DNA of 63,148 nucleotides, the filler included, from Octopus bimaculoides (taxonomy: Eukaryota): assembly GCF_001194135.2 (NCBI RefSeq). It is 4 parts of 4 records of this genome, joined end to end, with 100 filler letters (N's around TTAATTAATTAA, not from the genome) between each part and the next. Parts side by side here need not be neighbours in the genome. Positions count along the whole stretch, not along the records: positions 1 to 28,276 come from NC_068984.1; 3 more parts are not named here. One strand, given 5' to 3'. The position numbers were made by a program, and so were the translations under genes. How positions within the stretch are numbered: position 1 is the first letter of the stretch; every line of letters starts with the position of its first letter. Below the pieces are notes generated by a model that ran no database searches, was not told the origin of the DNA, and saw only the letters and a program-made list of their open reading frames with translations. Below, in pieces: positions 1 to 14,082 of the stretch.

Positions 1-180
1 TATAATTTTATATATAATATATATAATATATATATATATACTTATATATATATAATTTTATATATAATATATATAATATATATATATATACTTATATATA
101 TATAATTTTATATATAATATATATAATATATATATCATTTTATATATAATATATATAATATATATATATATATATACTTA
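1..180. repeat. AT-rich minisatellite, 50-bp unit
   Basis: Unit tataattttatatataatatatataatatatatatatatacttatatata starts at 1, 51 and 101, then decays into (TA)n. Confidence 0.9.
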
Positions 181-863
181 GACACATATACAACAAGGAA
201 CAATTTTTGTTTGACATGAATCCACTGCATCACTGAATTTTAGTTTTATCATACGTTTATATAATGTCCCCATTGTTTAGTAAAGAGCTGAAATCCATCA
301 TCGACCTATCATAATCCTATCTTCAGGCCGAAGTGATGTTGGTGCATGCTGCTACCACTTTATACAGTATACCAATATGATCAGTACCGGAATTTAAACT
401 TTGACCATTAAATTTATCGATCACCAATCAAAAATTCATGTTTAAGCAAGTGTACCTTTTTTTCATGTTTGTTTTAACGTTAATCCGTTAATCTGTCTTA
501 TGTACATTGCTTTTATCATCAATCGTCTAATTCTTGTGTTGGATTCTATAGAACAAATAATTGGTGCCTGTTAGCTGTAGAACACCTGAGCACTGCTTAC
601 AAGGAGTTTAGTTTTATTTTAACCCTTTTTTACATTGTTTGTTAATTGTTGTCTTCTGCAGAATATCAGTGTTTTCAGAGCTTTATAATGATTGACCGAG
701 TTTTGTGTTTCCCTTTCAGGTATAATCTTATAGCTTATTCTTTTAGATAAACAATTAATGAAACGTATACTAGGCCATTCTTGATGTTAATATTGATGAT
801 CATCGTCAGTGTAATTTCAAGATATCTCTGATTGAACACGCTTATAGATATATATTCTTTTAT

Positions 864-1264
864 TCTTTTACTTGTTTCAGCCATACTGGAGCACCGCCTT
901 CAATTGAACGATTCCACCCCAGGACTTATTCTTTGTGAGCCTAGTACTTATTTTATCGGTGACTTTTGCTGAACCACTAAGTTACAGGGACATATACACA
1001 CCAACATCAGTTGTCAAGCTATGGTGAGGGGACAAACACACACACACACACATTATNNNNNNNNNNGCTTCTTTCAGTTTCCGTCTACCAAATTCACTCA
1101 CAAGGCTTTGGTTGACTCGAAGGTATAGTGGAAGACACTTGCCCAAGGTGACGCGCAGTGGGACTGAACCTGGAACCATGCGGCTGGGAAGTAAGCTTCT
1201 TACCACACAGCCACACCTGTATACACNNNNNNNNNNTAAGCTTCTTACCACACAGCCACACCTG

Positions 1265-1265
<1 letters not shown>
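864..1265 (-). mobile_element. tRNA-derived SINE with CORE-like segment (octopus OR-type)
   Basis: Minus strand reads gtggctgtgtggtaagaagctt...ggttccaggttcagtccc (A/B-box-like), then accttgggcaagtgtctt (CORE-like), an internal (TG)n and tail ggcggtgctccagtatggc...tgaaacaagtaaaaga. Related pieces at 2550-2605 and 26655-26715. Confidence 0.8.
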
Positions 1266-1306
<41 letters not shown>

Positions 1307-2165
1307 TATGATTTGTTATATATGTATATATAAGATCTGGCCAATGTGCAAATCACCATGGAGATTTCAAGACGCTGATGTTTATGTTGGATTTTATTAA
1401 TGTTCAAATTGTTAGTTTTATTAGAAGTTATAGTCTACTTGCTATTAACAGTCATCGTTGCAAGAACAGAAGATCCAAAAGGGGAAAGTATTCTTATGGT
1501 CCACATTCATGGTTCTAAACTTATGATTGTCCAACAAAAAGGGGAGGTGTTGGCGTTGCGTAAGTCTGCTACAAGGGATTACATTCCTAAAATGTGTTAG
1601 ATGTCTATTCTTACAGATCTTTAAAATTATCTTGTACCATTACCATCTGCAGGGTTATATCACCAATTATTTCGTTAAATTAGTGTAGGATAGCAAGGGT
1701 AGGAGACGGGTTGCAGAGTCAAGGAAGATGTAGTTCGAACGAGTACAGGTATCTGTTGTACAACGTCGAAAATATCGTCTACATCAACACTGAAAATGTA
1801 TGAAATACCGGGTGCATTGATTTTTATCTTGACAGTGTGTTAACTGTTGTAGATGTTAGCTATTAATGTCATAAACAAGCCCTTTGTGTAGCTTGAATAT
1901 CTGAAGTAGAACATAAAAGATAGAAGCAAATTTAAGAGTATTTTAATGACAGAACAGGTTTCATTGTGCGTTAAGTTGCACATTTCCATTTTATGATTCT
2001 ATTTACGTGAGGAAGGCTGGAAGATTTAGCAGAAGCTAAAGCAGGAGCCATAAGTGAACTTTGAAAATAGAATTGGTTTTTAACTCCATCTTAGAAGCTT
2101 TATTTTCGTCTTAGTGCTTCATTTCACGATGCATTATCACTTACATGATTGTTGTAACTGCTCTA

Positions 2166-2239
<74 letters not shown>

Positions 2240-3839
2240 CAAATGTATATATACTCGTAAACAAATACATTTACTTACACACACACATACATATGCATAT
2301 GTGTGTATGTACATACACACTCACACATAGATATAGATATACTATTTAATGAATACGTGAGCTACTTTCAGTTTCATGCTCAGATAGCGCAGTGATCGAA
2401 TTGGTTTTTCTAGTGTACCGTGCACAATCCAGCAATCATTCAAGCTCAAATGGCATAGCTACTCCTTGAGGTATGACCTGATATCTCTTTTGTGCCTCAA
2501 ATAAAGCTATCATGTGTATTCAGAGAGGTTAGTTGTTCTGCAGATGTGAACAGGCGGTGCCCCAGCATGGCCGCAGTCTAATAACTGAGACTGGTAAAAG
2601 ATAATGCTTTCCAAAATGAACTAAACGGGTATATCTATGGATAATGCTTCGATATGTCTGATTCCTCTACTGAAATAAATTTACATTCATACTAATAAAC
2701 TCTGGTGCCCTAAGTTGTGCTAATAAATGTCTAAGTCACAATCTGAAGAAGCTAGGATTTCCTAGCAAAGAAAAGAAACAAATACAACCTTTAAGTAGGA
2801 CGGTAAAAATATGATGATCACCAAAACTTAATGCAAGAAATTTGAATTCTTTTTCTCGTTGTACAAAAAGATTTTGTCTTTCGTGGGAAATCATTGAGAA
2901 ATTTTAATGTTTCCTTTTTTCTCTCCAAGTTATCAGTTATCAACGTGTATAAAGTCTATTGTGAATCGAAAATGCTTTGAAACTCGAGCTATTTTAGAAT
3001 GAACTTTTCAACTATGCCACCCAAGACAGATTTTGGTATACGTATTCCTTTTGTACTGGCTACTTCTATAATTTAGCGGAGAAAGAAAGGAAAAACATCA
3101 ATGATGACGACATCTCTCAAATGGCCGCCACAGATATGAAGTGTTTTTAAAAGATAGAAACTTCCGTTCATATTCTCGGAGCACTTGGTTCTAATTCACT
3201 GTAGTCTTCACCATACTTCGACACTCACCAATGATCTGGTATATCATTCATTACTTACCATTCTCTCTCCTCTTCAGCAACGTCCACTAGTTTTCTACCG
3301 TAACCTCTACCACTACTTCACTGAAACACCGGCTACTGTTCTATCACAACATCCACCACCATGACAATACTATAATTTCTACAACGACCCCCACCCACCG
3401 CTATTTTTACCACTGCCGTGCAACGCCTACCTCTACTATACAACAGCACACACCGCTGTAATTTCTACCTCTGCCCTAAATCGGCAGAATCTACTACTCA
3501 ACAGTGACATCCTCCACCATTCGCTAAAGTTCCTTACAATGCTTCCAGTTGTTCGACACGTGATAAATAAACATTAACAAAGGTCAACAAAAAGTTTATA
3601 AATGCAAAGAAAGACAAAACTTGAAGAGTTCATTTGTTGTTGAATTTATTATTTATGGAAGTGTTGAGGTCATGGTTTGTAATGTCCGTTTAGGGAGGAG
3701 AAATAATGAAATGTGTTGCAGATTAATAATAATGACAAAGTAAGAACAACAACAACAACAGCATCACCGCATTAATTATGTGGCTTACTAGTTTCACGTG
3801 ACTGCAATGGCTTATCCTTCTTCAATATATTGCAACAAC

Positions 3840-3872
<33 letters not shown>

Positions 3873-5017
3873 TCTACGACGTCTGTGAACTTATTGACCA
3901 GTTTTAGCACCGCACCGAACTCTATTAACTTTTACATTCATATAATACCGAAGGAATTCTTTCTGGACATTGCAAATTCTTCCAAGCTATAAATCACGAT
4001 GTAAAGTAATTATTATCGAGGCTTATTAACTATTTTATTATCTTTTGTCCATTCTTAGAATATGTTGAAAGCAACAACGTTTGATATTCTTCGACATCGA
4101 AACGAGATATATAGATTAATAAGTAAAATACATATTTTTTTTTTTTAAATTATCAAATTAACTCACTGGTTCCGATCGGCTTCGGCTCTTTATTTAGCTT
4201 TATCGGTTGAAAACGATAAATGATTGGTGATGCTTACAATATAATACATCAAACGGATTGGAAACTTTTCGCTAGAATTATTTAAAACAGTCTTGAAATA
4301 ACGTTAAAAGTGATTGGAAGTTCTATTAATTGGTATTAATGGAGAAGTAATAATGTAATGCAGTTTTTGACGCTAGACTAATTCAAGTCAAAAAGAATGT
4401 TGTTAGTCACTTGAAAATGTCAGATAGAAATTATCAATAAAGCTGCTATTAGTTCGAACTTTTAGTTTTTGTTCTACTCAAGAATATAATCGCCATTTTA
4501 GAAGTACACTTCTGGTTGAAAGGTCAACAACAAAAATATTGATTTCTGTAGCCTGAGTAAAAGATCCATTTTAAAGAGATCTAATCAATATAATCACTCT
4601 TATTGGTACTTTATCGATTTTAGTGGAATGAATATTTAACATCGGAAAAATTCAGCACTGGAATGGATTTTAAACGTAGTAGAATATCCATTTTGCTTTC
4701 CTCCTACCACTCTCATATTCCCCGAAGCCTTAAATGTTTGGCATTTTACAAAAAGAAATGGAAAGTTTTGGTGTTCATAACTTTGTGAGAACACCTATTG
4801 ATTCCAGTGGCCAAAGTCAAAGCTGGATCAAAGATTCGGCTAAAAGTTTAACATCACGGCACCTTACCATTCGAGGATTTCCTCTCATATGATAGAAAAA
4901 AAAAGAGTCGTTGCGGTGTTCATCCGTTTCCCAAGAGTATATTACGCAAGTAAAAGAACTTGAATCGAAAGATCAGAACCGTTTCACGGGTTCCGTGATT
5001 CGGTCATTTTTCGTGTT

Positions 5018-5064
<47 letters not shown>

Positions 5065-5099
5065 NNNNNNNNNNGTGTGTGTATATATATATACACTTT

Positions 5100-5360
5100 T
5101 TTTTATTGCTGATCGGCACAAGTTACAGATTTACTCAAGGAATGAGGGTTTCGGTCGTAGGCACAGGTGGGCAGCTGAACGTGTATTTTCGTTACTGGAT
5201 TTGCAAACTCCTTATCAACGATCCATTAATGTCCTCGTTCTCCTTTATTTTTCTAACTACATACATGTCCAGAGAATAATTTATATCCTAAACAGGACAT
5301 ATCTTTTCATTGTTGTTTCTGGTTTGCAAGATTCTTTATATGTATTCGTGTGTTGAAACA
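5100..5360 (-). mobile_element. Possible decayed LINE APE-endonuclease fragment
   Basis: Minus frame LGYKLFSG...WIVDKEFANPVTKI loosely resembles the RTE-type APE GVGxIVxKE motif; contains stops. Confidence 0.3.
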
Positions 5361-5367
5361 AATTTTG

Positions 5368-5548
5368 TTGTGTCTAAGGAGAGTCGTTATGCCAATATTA
5401 TTTACACATGCACTGGTTCAATTTTACTCCTCTGTTATTAGTTAGATTGGCTAATTGCTAGTTGGATATTTAACCAATTGACTAATTATAAAGGAGTGGA
5501 ACCAGTGCGTGTGTTAATAATTGGCATAATGACTCGCCTTAGACACAA
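5368..5548. mobile_element. MITE-like element with ~55-bp terminal inverted repeats
   Basis: ttgtgtctaaggagagtcgttatgccaatattatttacacatgcactggttc is the near reverse complement of ggaaccagtgcgtgtgttaataattggcataatgactcgccttagacacaa. Confidence 0.75.
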
Positions 5549-5549
5549 G

Positions 5550-7530
5550 GAAAAATCTTTTTCCTTGTGTTTCCACACAACAATCTCTGGCTGGTTGTGT
5601 TTTAAATTGATGCTGGTTTTAATTTTTCAATTCCAACAATATTCTTTTGACTAATCCGTCCCAATATAACCAATTTCGTCAATAATTGTTTTCTTTTTTG
5701 ATATCCTGTTCTAGACTGCTCTGATCACTGTCATGCCTCGTGGGAAGATAATATCTGGAAGACATTATCTCTGGCAACAACGTTGGTAATAATGTGGTTG
5801 AGGTCTTCAGTCTTGGTTTTTCATAGTGTACATTTGTTGTCTGTCAGTGTTTCCTGCTTTTATGCTTTAGGTACTTGGTAGGGATTTCGGATTACGTTAA
5901 GGTAGCCTTCGATGTGCGATGTTATAAACTTGGCACAGTACCAAGCTTTTGATATGATCATTTCCTTCCATGGTTTGTCTTTCGTGATAAATATTCATGC
6001 ATTATCATCTCAGTAAAATGGTCCAATTTTTGTTTGTTCTTTTGAATTTACTAATGCTCTTTGAGGAGAGATCACTATCAACTCTTATTTCATACTTCCC
6101 CTGATCTTCATTACTTATCTTATTTATGTGATTGATTTCGAGGTCACAAATTTATGCATTATAGTTTCTTGTCGCCTTCCTCTGTTGCAGGTGTTTCCGT
6201 GTTATTACGTGCTTCATATGATACGATATCAATTCAGATTTGAGGCCATGCCCACCATCCTTTCATGGGAAGTATAGCATGTATACTTCCCCGTTGATGT
6301 TGAAACTTCCTCTAACACAGAGCAGTTTGCGATTTCGAATATCGGCCTCACAGAGTTCTTCTAGTAACCAGTTCAGAAGGCCAAATGTAGGCGAGAAGAC
6401 AAGACACTGCAAAGATGTTGTGGGCAAGATGCTCGCTGTAAGCGAAGAATTCAGATGACCATCTATTTTTTACCCTCTTGAAGTACTCATTCCTTGTCTT
6501 TTCCATATTGATGGGGCCGTCATGGAGGACTTTTTCACCTGTCCAAGATATTTGTAACTTTTCTCAGAGAGTACAGGCTGTATGTCGAGGTTATTGTCTA
6601 GTATCTTGGATGATGGCACAAGTTTGCTAAATTATACCACTGAAAATGCACATTTTGACTTACCAAATTTAAATCTGATGCCTTTGGAGAAACGGGTTAT
6701 AAGAGCCAATTTGTTTTTCTTTGATGTGTTTATATTTTACCCATACAACTTCAGGTCATCAGTACAGAAAAGGCGAGAGATAATACGGGACCCATTCCAA
6801 TAGTTGCTGTGTTTTGGGATTAAGTATGACAAGGCGTTCAGTGAGAGTACAAAGAGTAGCGCTGATAAGCTATCACTGTAGGATGCCTCTTTTGGCATTG
6901 TATGGCGTCAGACTTGATGTCTTCATTGTCGACTCTAAGAAGTAAGGTATACCAGCTTTTGGTTAGGTGGTAGATGACAGCTACTTGTGGTGTTGGTGAT
7001 ACTTTGGCTAATTGCAATGTCTCGATAATCCATCCGTGGGGTGTACTATCAAAGAATTTTTGGTAGTCCAGCCATAGCATAGCCATAGTTTGGCGATTCT
7101 TTATTATTCTCTTGTATCATTTCATTAAGTAGTCGGTGTTCAATACCCGCCTCTTGTTCCTTTCACCCCTGTTTTTTCTGGTGTTACGATATTGTTAGTT
7201 GTACAATGACCCTGTAGACACAAAGTGAGGCAGCCGTATACAACGGCTATATGGTGTCTTTGACAGGCTGTTGGGAAGTCATTTCAAGCTTCAGTGGTTC
7301 GGCTGTTTTGTGAGGATGAGAAGGGGGATGACTTGACAACCACCTGGTAATGTTCAGTCTGCCCATAATGCGCTTCCAAAACAATTTTATTAAACCTCGT
7401 CGATAGAAGTTGAAACTTTCCAAGCAATATCCTGTAATATGGCCTCGACCTGGAAATTTCCTGCTTCAGATTTTTCCGAAGACTGTTTCAAGTATTGCAC
7501 CATCGATTCTGTAGGATTTTTGTTTAACAT
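5550..7530 (-). mobile_element. Decayed R4/Dong-like non-LTR retrotransposon (RT, CCHC remnant, restriction-like endonuclease)
   Basis: Minus-strand motifs WLDYQKFFDSTPHGWIIETL (RT), NWKFPGRGHITGY and HNQPEIVVWKHKEK (RLE); many stops and frameshifts. Confidence 0.8.
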
Positions 7531-8060
7531 GTTTGCAGTATCACTCTTCAAATTTATTTAATCGCTCAACATTTTCGTTGATGTATGCATGCATGTGTAT
7601 GCATACGTGTGTATGCGTGCGTGTGTGTTTATGCGTGTGTGTGTATACGTGTGTGCGTGTATGCGTGTGTGCACATGCATGTGTGAATGTATGTGCGTGT
7701 TTGCATGAATGCATGTGTGTGTATGCATGTATGTATGCGTGCATGTATGCATGCATGTATGCATGTGTGTGTATGTATGCCAAAACGTTGTGCACATAAT
7801 ATACCAGGGTAATAATAATGAGCTTAAACACGACCTAAAACTCGTCGCATCTTTTTGCTCTCTCCAGTAAATGGTGCCGCCACTTGTACAACAACAACAA
7901 CACATTCAAATGACGCACAGAAAGTTAATATCAAAGAACGGAGGAATTAATAATATGAGAGGGTTAAAAAAACATTCTTCAGATAATATAAGAATGCAAT
8001 GAAGTAAAATGAAGAATAGATATGTTTAAGTGCAAAATTCTATAACAATTTAGAGGAAGC

Positions 8061-8106
<46 letters not shown>

Positions 8107-8158
8107 NNNNNNNNNNNNNNNNNNNNNNNNNNNNNNNNNNNNACAATTTAGAGGAAGC

Positions 8159-8200
<42 letters not shown>

Positions 8201-8494
8201 AAAATTAGAGCAAAATGACAAGCAGGATGGAAGTAATAGTATTAGTTAAGTAAAAGATGGTTCCTCTATTAGAGAAATCCAATATATTCTAAGGAGAAAA
8301 AAATAAATTCATTCCAATCGCTGTCTTTAAAAAAAGAATTCTACACGTTGTAAAAACACAAATAATATATTAAAATCGATTGTATCTTTGAAAATAGCTT
8401 CGAGTTAATCGAGTCTGAAACAATTTTGATTCCATGTTCTAGCTCTTTGACTTTACCAATGCGAGTTAATGAGGGAGCGGCTAATAGGTGCAGC

Positions 8495-8915
8495 GACTCG
8501 TTAGAAATAGCAGCCAAATTATCCTCACGTCACATTTCTGTGTGAAATAAGAAATGTTAAACAGTATAGTTGCAGATATAAAAAGAAAGTGGATGTTCAC
8601 GACTGGAACGTCCTTGATCTTAGATATACATGGTCGAAACTGGAACATGTTTGATCATAGATCTGCTAGACTAGGGCTAATCTGGGTCTAAGCAACAACA
8701 ATACAAGTAATCTCTTTGGAAAGACATGTATTTCACAACTTCCTGTCCTTTATTCCACCATCTTGAATTAAATCAAACTAATTACCTATCATAAATAATT
8801 GTGATAATGTAAACCAACATGGTTGCTTGATTTACTAGAAAAAGCAGGCGAATCTCCCTCAAATCATTGAGTATTGTCCTACATGTACTTGATGGTCACG
8901 GTAGGAATAGTCGTG
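8495..8915 (+). repeat. Two decayed copies of an unclassified dispersed repeat
   Basis: Motif ctagaaa(t)agcagccaaat.tcc.tca recurs at ~8500, ~8835, ~13355 and inverted at ~14995. Confidence 0.55.
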
Positions 8916-9844
8916 CTTCATTTTTACTTTCATTAATTTCAAACAGATATTGGTCACAGCCTTATTATTTGAAAAACACCCTCAATGAATAAATACCTCG
9001 TTTACACAGGTTATTTTGAGGTTAACGTGTGTCTCTTACATAATTCACTTTTAGATATCTTAAGTTTTCTAACTTGATACCTTCTCTGCAATTATTTTCC
9101 CTTCCTTTATATGACACGATTCTGCCAGTTGCATATAAACGCACTGACTTCGTTCCTTTTGTACGTTTGTGTCACAAATCATTCGATCCCTGGTGACCGA
9201 TTGCTATTTATTGCAAGTTGCTGAAGAAACATCTAAATGTCCCGGAATATTTCCGTAAATAACGCAGACATAAATAGGTGTACTCCAGCGTCATTCCTTT
9301 TTTGCTTATATGACTGAAATGATTCCATAGCTAGGCCAATTTCTAACTGGTTGTGGAATATTCTCAGTGCGGAAAGGCATCTACTGGACGAATGAAGCTG
9401 TACCCTTTTGCCACCATATATATTTATACATACATATACTTAGATTTATATATATATAACAGAAATATGTTACAAAAATAAAATAAAAACTACACGTGGA
9501 AATGTAAGGGGAAAGTAAGAAAAATAAGCAAAAATGCACATTGGATTGGGAATTAAAAAAGTAAAGGCTTTTTATGAAAAGTAACGATAGATATATACAA
9601 TTAGATGAACTGAGGTAGGAATAAAATTAAGACAAGTCATTGTGAATTGTTAAAGAGATTCAAAAGCACACCGATTACTGAACGGTGTAAAGTCTACTAG
9701 TCCCTGAGTAAAAAGATTATGTGTAAGGGAAGTAAGTAGCTCTGGATTTGGTGCAATGAAGATCGATATAGAGCTGTAATGTGAATGGTGTATGGGATGT
9801 ATGGGGGTTAGTAATATTAATTGAAAGGATAGTAGTGTTCTGTA

Positions 9845-10158
9845 TTATGTGTTCATATTGAGTTGTGGAAGATATTTATTGATGAACGTTGCCTCTTTAT
9901 TCATTCTTTGTTGTTGTAAAGTGTGCTGTGAACATTGATAGAAGGAGACAATTAGGAAATTAGGATTAAGGTTCCTAGCACACCTTTCTATGTGTCCACT
10001 AACCTGTATCTGTCTGTATTGTGGGTGGCGGATTTGTTTTTTTTGAAGAGTGGTTCTTCGACGGAGTGATATTCCTGTTTGGCCAATATAATTATTACCA
10101 CACCCTGAGCATGTAATGGCATAGATTAGATTTTCCGAGGCACAGGTGAAATTTGATT

Positions 10159-10160
<2 letters not shown>
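9845..10160 (-). mobile_element. Penelope-like element, GIY-YIG endonuclease fragment
   Basis: NLIYAITCSGCGNNYIGQTGISLRRR...EATFINKYLPQLN: IY-x-CxxC-YIG layout typical of PLE endonuclease. Confidence 0.85.
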
Positions 10161-10191
<31 letters not shown>

Positions 10192-10306
10192 NNNNNNNNN
10201 NNNNNNNNNNNNNNNNNNNNNNNNNNNNNNNNNNNNNNNNNNNNNNNNNNNNNNNNNNNNNNNNNNNNNNNNNNNNNNNNNNNNNNNNNNNNNNNNNNNN
10301 NNNNNN

Positions 10307-11558
10307 AAAAAAAATGTATACACACTTTAGCAGCTGATAACTGATGTTTTTTCTTTCTAAATGAAACCCATTGGAATTAATGATGGCAGTCAGACTAAGC
10401 TTTGAACAAAGGAAATTCATTCTAAAATGCTACTGGAAGTGTGAAAGCGCAGTTTAAGTGCAAAGACAGTTCAGGAGGGAGTTTCAAACTGATCCACCAA
10501 CGCGACTTACCATCACTTGAATTAGAGATAAGTTTGAAGCCGATGGAACTGTTCAGAATGTCCACAAGAAACATTACAGAAGACCATGAACATCGACAAC
10601 TTCTACAAAGCAAGATGGAGTGCTGGAAACGTATCACAAAGTTGAAGAAAATCTGTGTGGCAAGCGAGTCATGAGGTAGGTATTCCAAAATCGTCTGTCC
10701 AATGCATTTTGAAGCGTGGTCAATGGAAAAGTTATGTTCCCAGATGAGTCCATGCTATTAATGACGATGATCCAGACCGAAGAGTGTAGTATTGCGAGTG
10801 GTACTTGGCACGATGAGTGGAAGATGCACACTTTCCAACAAAGATTGTGTGGAGTGATGAGGCCACATTCAAATTAAATGATTCAATTAATCGCCACGAC
10901 TGAACCTGCTGGGGACCTTAGAATCCACATGTTATGGTGGAACACCATGTTAATTTACCAGGCGTTACAGTGTGGTGTGGCTTATCATCAAGAAAATTAA
11001 TTGGACCATTCTTTCTTGACGCTTCTGTGACGAGTCCCGTTTACTTGAACTTGCTGCAACAGTCTGTCATGCCAAGCATTAGAGAAGACTTTGAAGATGA
11101 GGAGTTTTATTCTCAGCAATATGGGGCACCCTCACACTACCATCGCGATGTTAGACCCTTCCTTGATGAGATCTTGCCAAATAGTTGAATTGGACGAATG
11201 GGTTTTGTTGAATACCCTCCGCGTTCATCAGACCTCACACCACTAGAAATGTTTTATGAGGATACCTAAAAGACAAAGTCTACGCTATGAAACCGGCAAC
11301 AGTCGCTGATTTGAGAGCAGCCATTGAACGAGAATGCATACAAATACCAAACGAATTGTTTCGTGATGTTTGTAATTCCATTGCTTTGCATTGTCAGCAG
11401 TGCTCGAACCAGAACGGACGTCAGTTTGAAAACAGTTGTTGACAAAACAATAAAAGGACGTCTTTAAATTCTATTAAATTTTGAAAATGAAATGGATTTT
11501 AATAAACACCTACTTTCCAATTATTTAAAGTGTGTATACATTTTTTGGGGACACCCTG
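10307..11558 (+). mobile_element. Near full-length, inactive Tc1/mariner transposon, DD41D type
   Basis: Reading frame 10383-11442 with stops: MAVRLSFEQRKFILKCYW...WSDEATF...QQYGAPSH...PPRSSDLTPLE; 41 residues between 2nd and 3rd catalytic positions. TIR aaaaaatgtatacacacttta left (5' end in gap), taaagtgtgtatacattttttggggacaccctg right. Confidence 0.9.
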
Positions 11559-12200
11559 TGTGTGTGTGCGTGCGTGCGTGAGTGTGCGTGTGCGTGCGTG
11601 CGTGCGTGCGTGCGTGTGCGTGCGTGAGTGTGTCACAACTTGCTTGAAGATCTTGTGCATTGCATCTATAGATGAGACTCAAAATAGCAAGAAACCGATT
11701 TGGCAAAAATAAAATATATTAATATCTACTCTGGTACTATGTATTTTGTTTTCCGACATTCAACACTAAACGACTGTGCATGTGTGTTTGTATGTATGCG
11801 TGCGTGCGAAAGTGGCATTAATTTTCTTAAGGCGTTCAATTTGCTTCAATTAAGTAAACTTATCAGAAGTCTACTTATAATGACAACTGGAAACAACTGT
11901 AAGCCATATCTGCTCAAATAAAGAGAATTATACGTAATGACCATTATCTTTAACTTGTTTCTTGTATATCATTGTGTAAAAACCAGTTTGGAGTTCATCC
12001 ATGGACTTAGAATATAGAATTGGGATGAACCAAAGCTTGGCACCAAAAGAGTTCTTCATTATTCTGAGTAACATTGTTAGCCTTGTGTACCAACAGAGAG
12101 CTTATGAAATATTTTGCCCAGATTGATGATTCCTCACTATTTGTTTCTGATGCCTGTATCATCATCATCATTATTATTATTATTATTATTATTGATTTAA

Positions 12201-12400
12201 GGTAGCGAGCTGGCAGAATTGGCAAAATGTTTAGCGGTATTTCGCCCGTCGCTACGTTCTGAGTGCAAATTCCGCAAAGCAGACTTTGCCTTTCATCCTT
12301 TCGAGGTCGATAAATAAATACCAGTGAAACACCGAGGTCGATGTAATCGACTCATCCCCCCCCCAAAAACTGCTGTCCTTGTGGCAAAATTTGAAATCAT
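12201..12400 (+). mobile_element. tRNA-derived SINE (ggcggcgagctggcagaa family)
   Basis: Head gg.agcgagctggcagaa...gttctgagt.caaattcc, body gactttgcctttcatcctttcg.ggtcgataaa, (ATT)n flanks. Confidence 0.85.
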
Positions 12401-13630
12401 TATTATTAAGAGCTTTCCTGTAACTCGAGTTTTTTGTCATCGCGATTTCACTTGCAGATCGTAGTAATGTGAAANNNNNNNNNNNNNNNNNNNNNNNNNN
12501 NNNNNNNNNNNNNNNNNNNNNNNNNNNNNNNNNNNNNNNNNNNNNNNNNNNNNNNNNNNNNNNNNNNNNNNNNNNNNNNNNNNNNNNNNNNNNNNNNNNN
12601 NNNNNNNNNNNNNNNNNNNNNNNNNNNNNNNNNNNNNNNNNNNNNNNNNNNNNNNNNNNNNNNGCGTGCGTGCGTGCGTGCGTGCGTGTGTGTGTGTTTT
12701 ATTTCTGTCCAGCATGTAGATACTCAATATTTTAAATTTTCATCAACTTAATAATTTTTCCCAAAATGTCTGTGGCGTATCTGTAATAGCTTTTAATAGC
12801 GTCTTCCCCAACTCGTAGTGATGGCTTTTCAGTACAACCATTGTGAATCACTAAGTGCAAGCTGAAGATACAGCACTGATGACGACGGCAACAGCGACAG
12901 CAATAAAACGAAAGGTCGTCGTCGTTGCAGTGAATAGGCTGCAATAATTTCCTCGTTGGACTCGGCTGAAACTGAATTCGTCCCTAAATCGTTCGAAAAG
13001 AAACGATAAATGAAGCAGATGCTAGCTTTCTATTGATTTCATCTACTTAGTTTAAGATTGGAAATGGAGGTTTTCGACCGTAAATGGAATTGTGGGAATG
13101 TATTATAAACGAGTTTTTCGTCCGATGATATCAACAATAATAATTATGAATGTAAATTATGGATCAAGACAGGAATTGGTAATCTCAGAGATTTCCGGTT
13201 TAGAATTATTTTTCTATGGATATCAATAAAGGAAATGAAATATTTGCAGTAACATTATAATTCCTCCCACGATCTTCTAATTTGAACCACAATTCATTAT
13301 GGTCCACTACTTTCAAGTCATTAACATTAGCCTCATTGAGGCATCGCTTGATCTGCTAGAAACGGCAGCCAAAATTTCCATAAAAACCATAACACAGTGT
13401 TTAAAGTAGACAGGTTGAATAATGTAGTCTGAGGTAGATTGTGCTTTAAAATAGACGATATGTTTATAAATGAAATATATTTGATTAATAATTCTATTTT
13501 AAAGTCGACCTAAGAGTAACAACATCAATATAAAAAAATAACCTCCACAGCCAGGACAGAAACACTTAGCGAAGCCCCAAATTCAGTTCATCGCCACCAA
13601 CAGTTCGATGTTGATATCATGGTTTACTCA

Positions 13631-13845
13631 GGCGGTGAGCTGGCAGAAACGGTAGCAGGCCGGGCGAAGTGCTTAACAGTATTTCGTCTGTCTTTACGTT
13701 CTGAGTTCAAATTCCGCCGAGGTCGACTTTGCCTTTCATCCATTCGAGATCGATAAATTAAGTACCAGTTGCGTACTGGGGTTGATCTAATCGACTGGCC
13801 CACTCCCCCAAAATTTCGGGTCTTGTGCCTAGAGTAGAAAAGAAT
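13631..13845 (+). mobile_element. tRNA-derived SINE, same family
   Basis: Complete head-body-tail copy alignable with 12201-12400. Confidence 0.85.
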
Positions 13846-13863
13846 ATCCTGGTTTACTAACAA

Positions 13864-14082
13864 GGCGGCGACCTAGCAGAACCGTTAGCACATTGGGCAA
13901 AATGCTAAGCGGCGTTCCGTCCGCCGTTACGTTCTGAGTTCCAATGTCACTGAGGTCGACTGTCTTTCATCATTTCGGATTCGATGAAATAAATATCAGT
14001 TGAGCGCTGGTGTGGAGCTAAACGACTTACCTCCCTCCCGCTTTCCCGAAAATTACTGACCTTGTACCATCTTTGAAACTAA
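13864..14082 (+). mobile_element. tRNA-derived SINE, same family, more diverged
   Basis: Second copy 18 bp after the previous one. Confidence 0.75.

Noticed and set aside
1188-1270. Direct duplications across short gaps (also 8040-8200)
   Set aside because: Most likely unmerged contig overlaps.
1400-1600. ORF MFKLLVLLEVIVYLLLTVIVA with hydrophobic start
   Set aside because: No recognisable domain, paralog or supporting gene signals.
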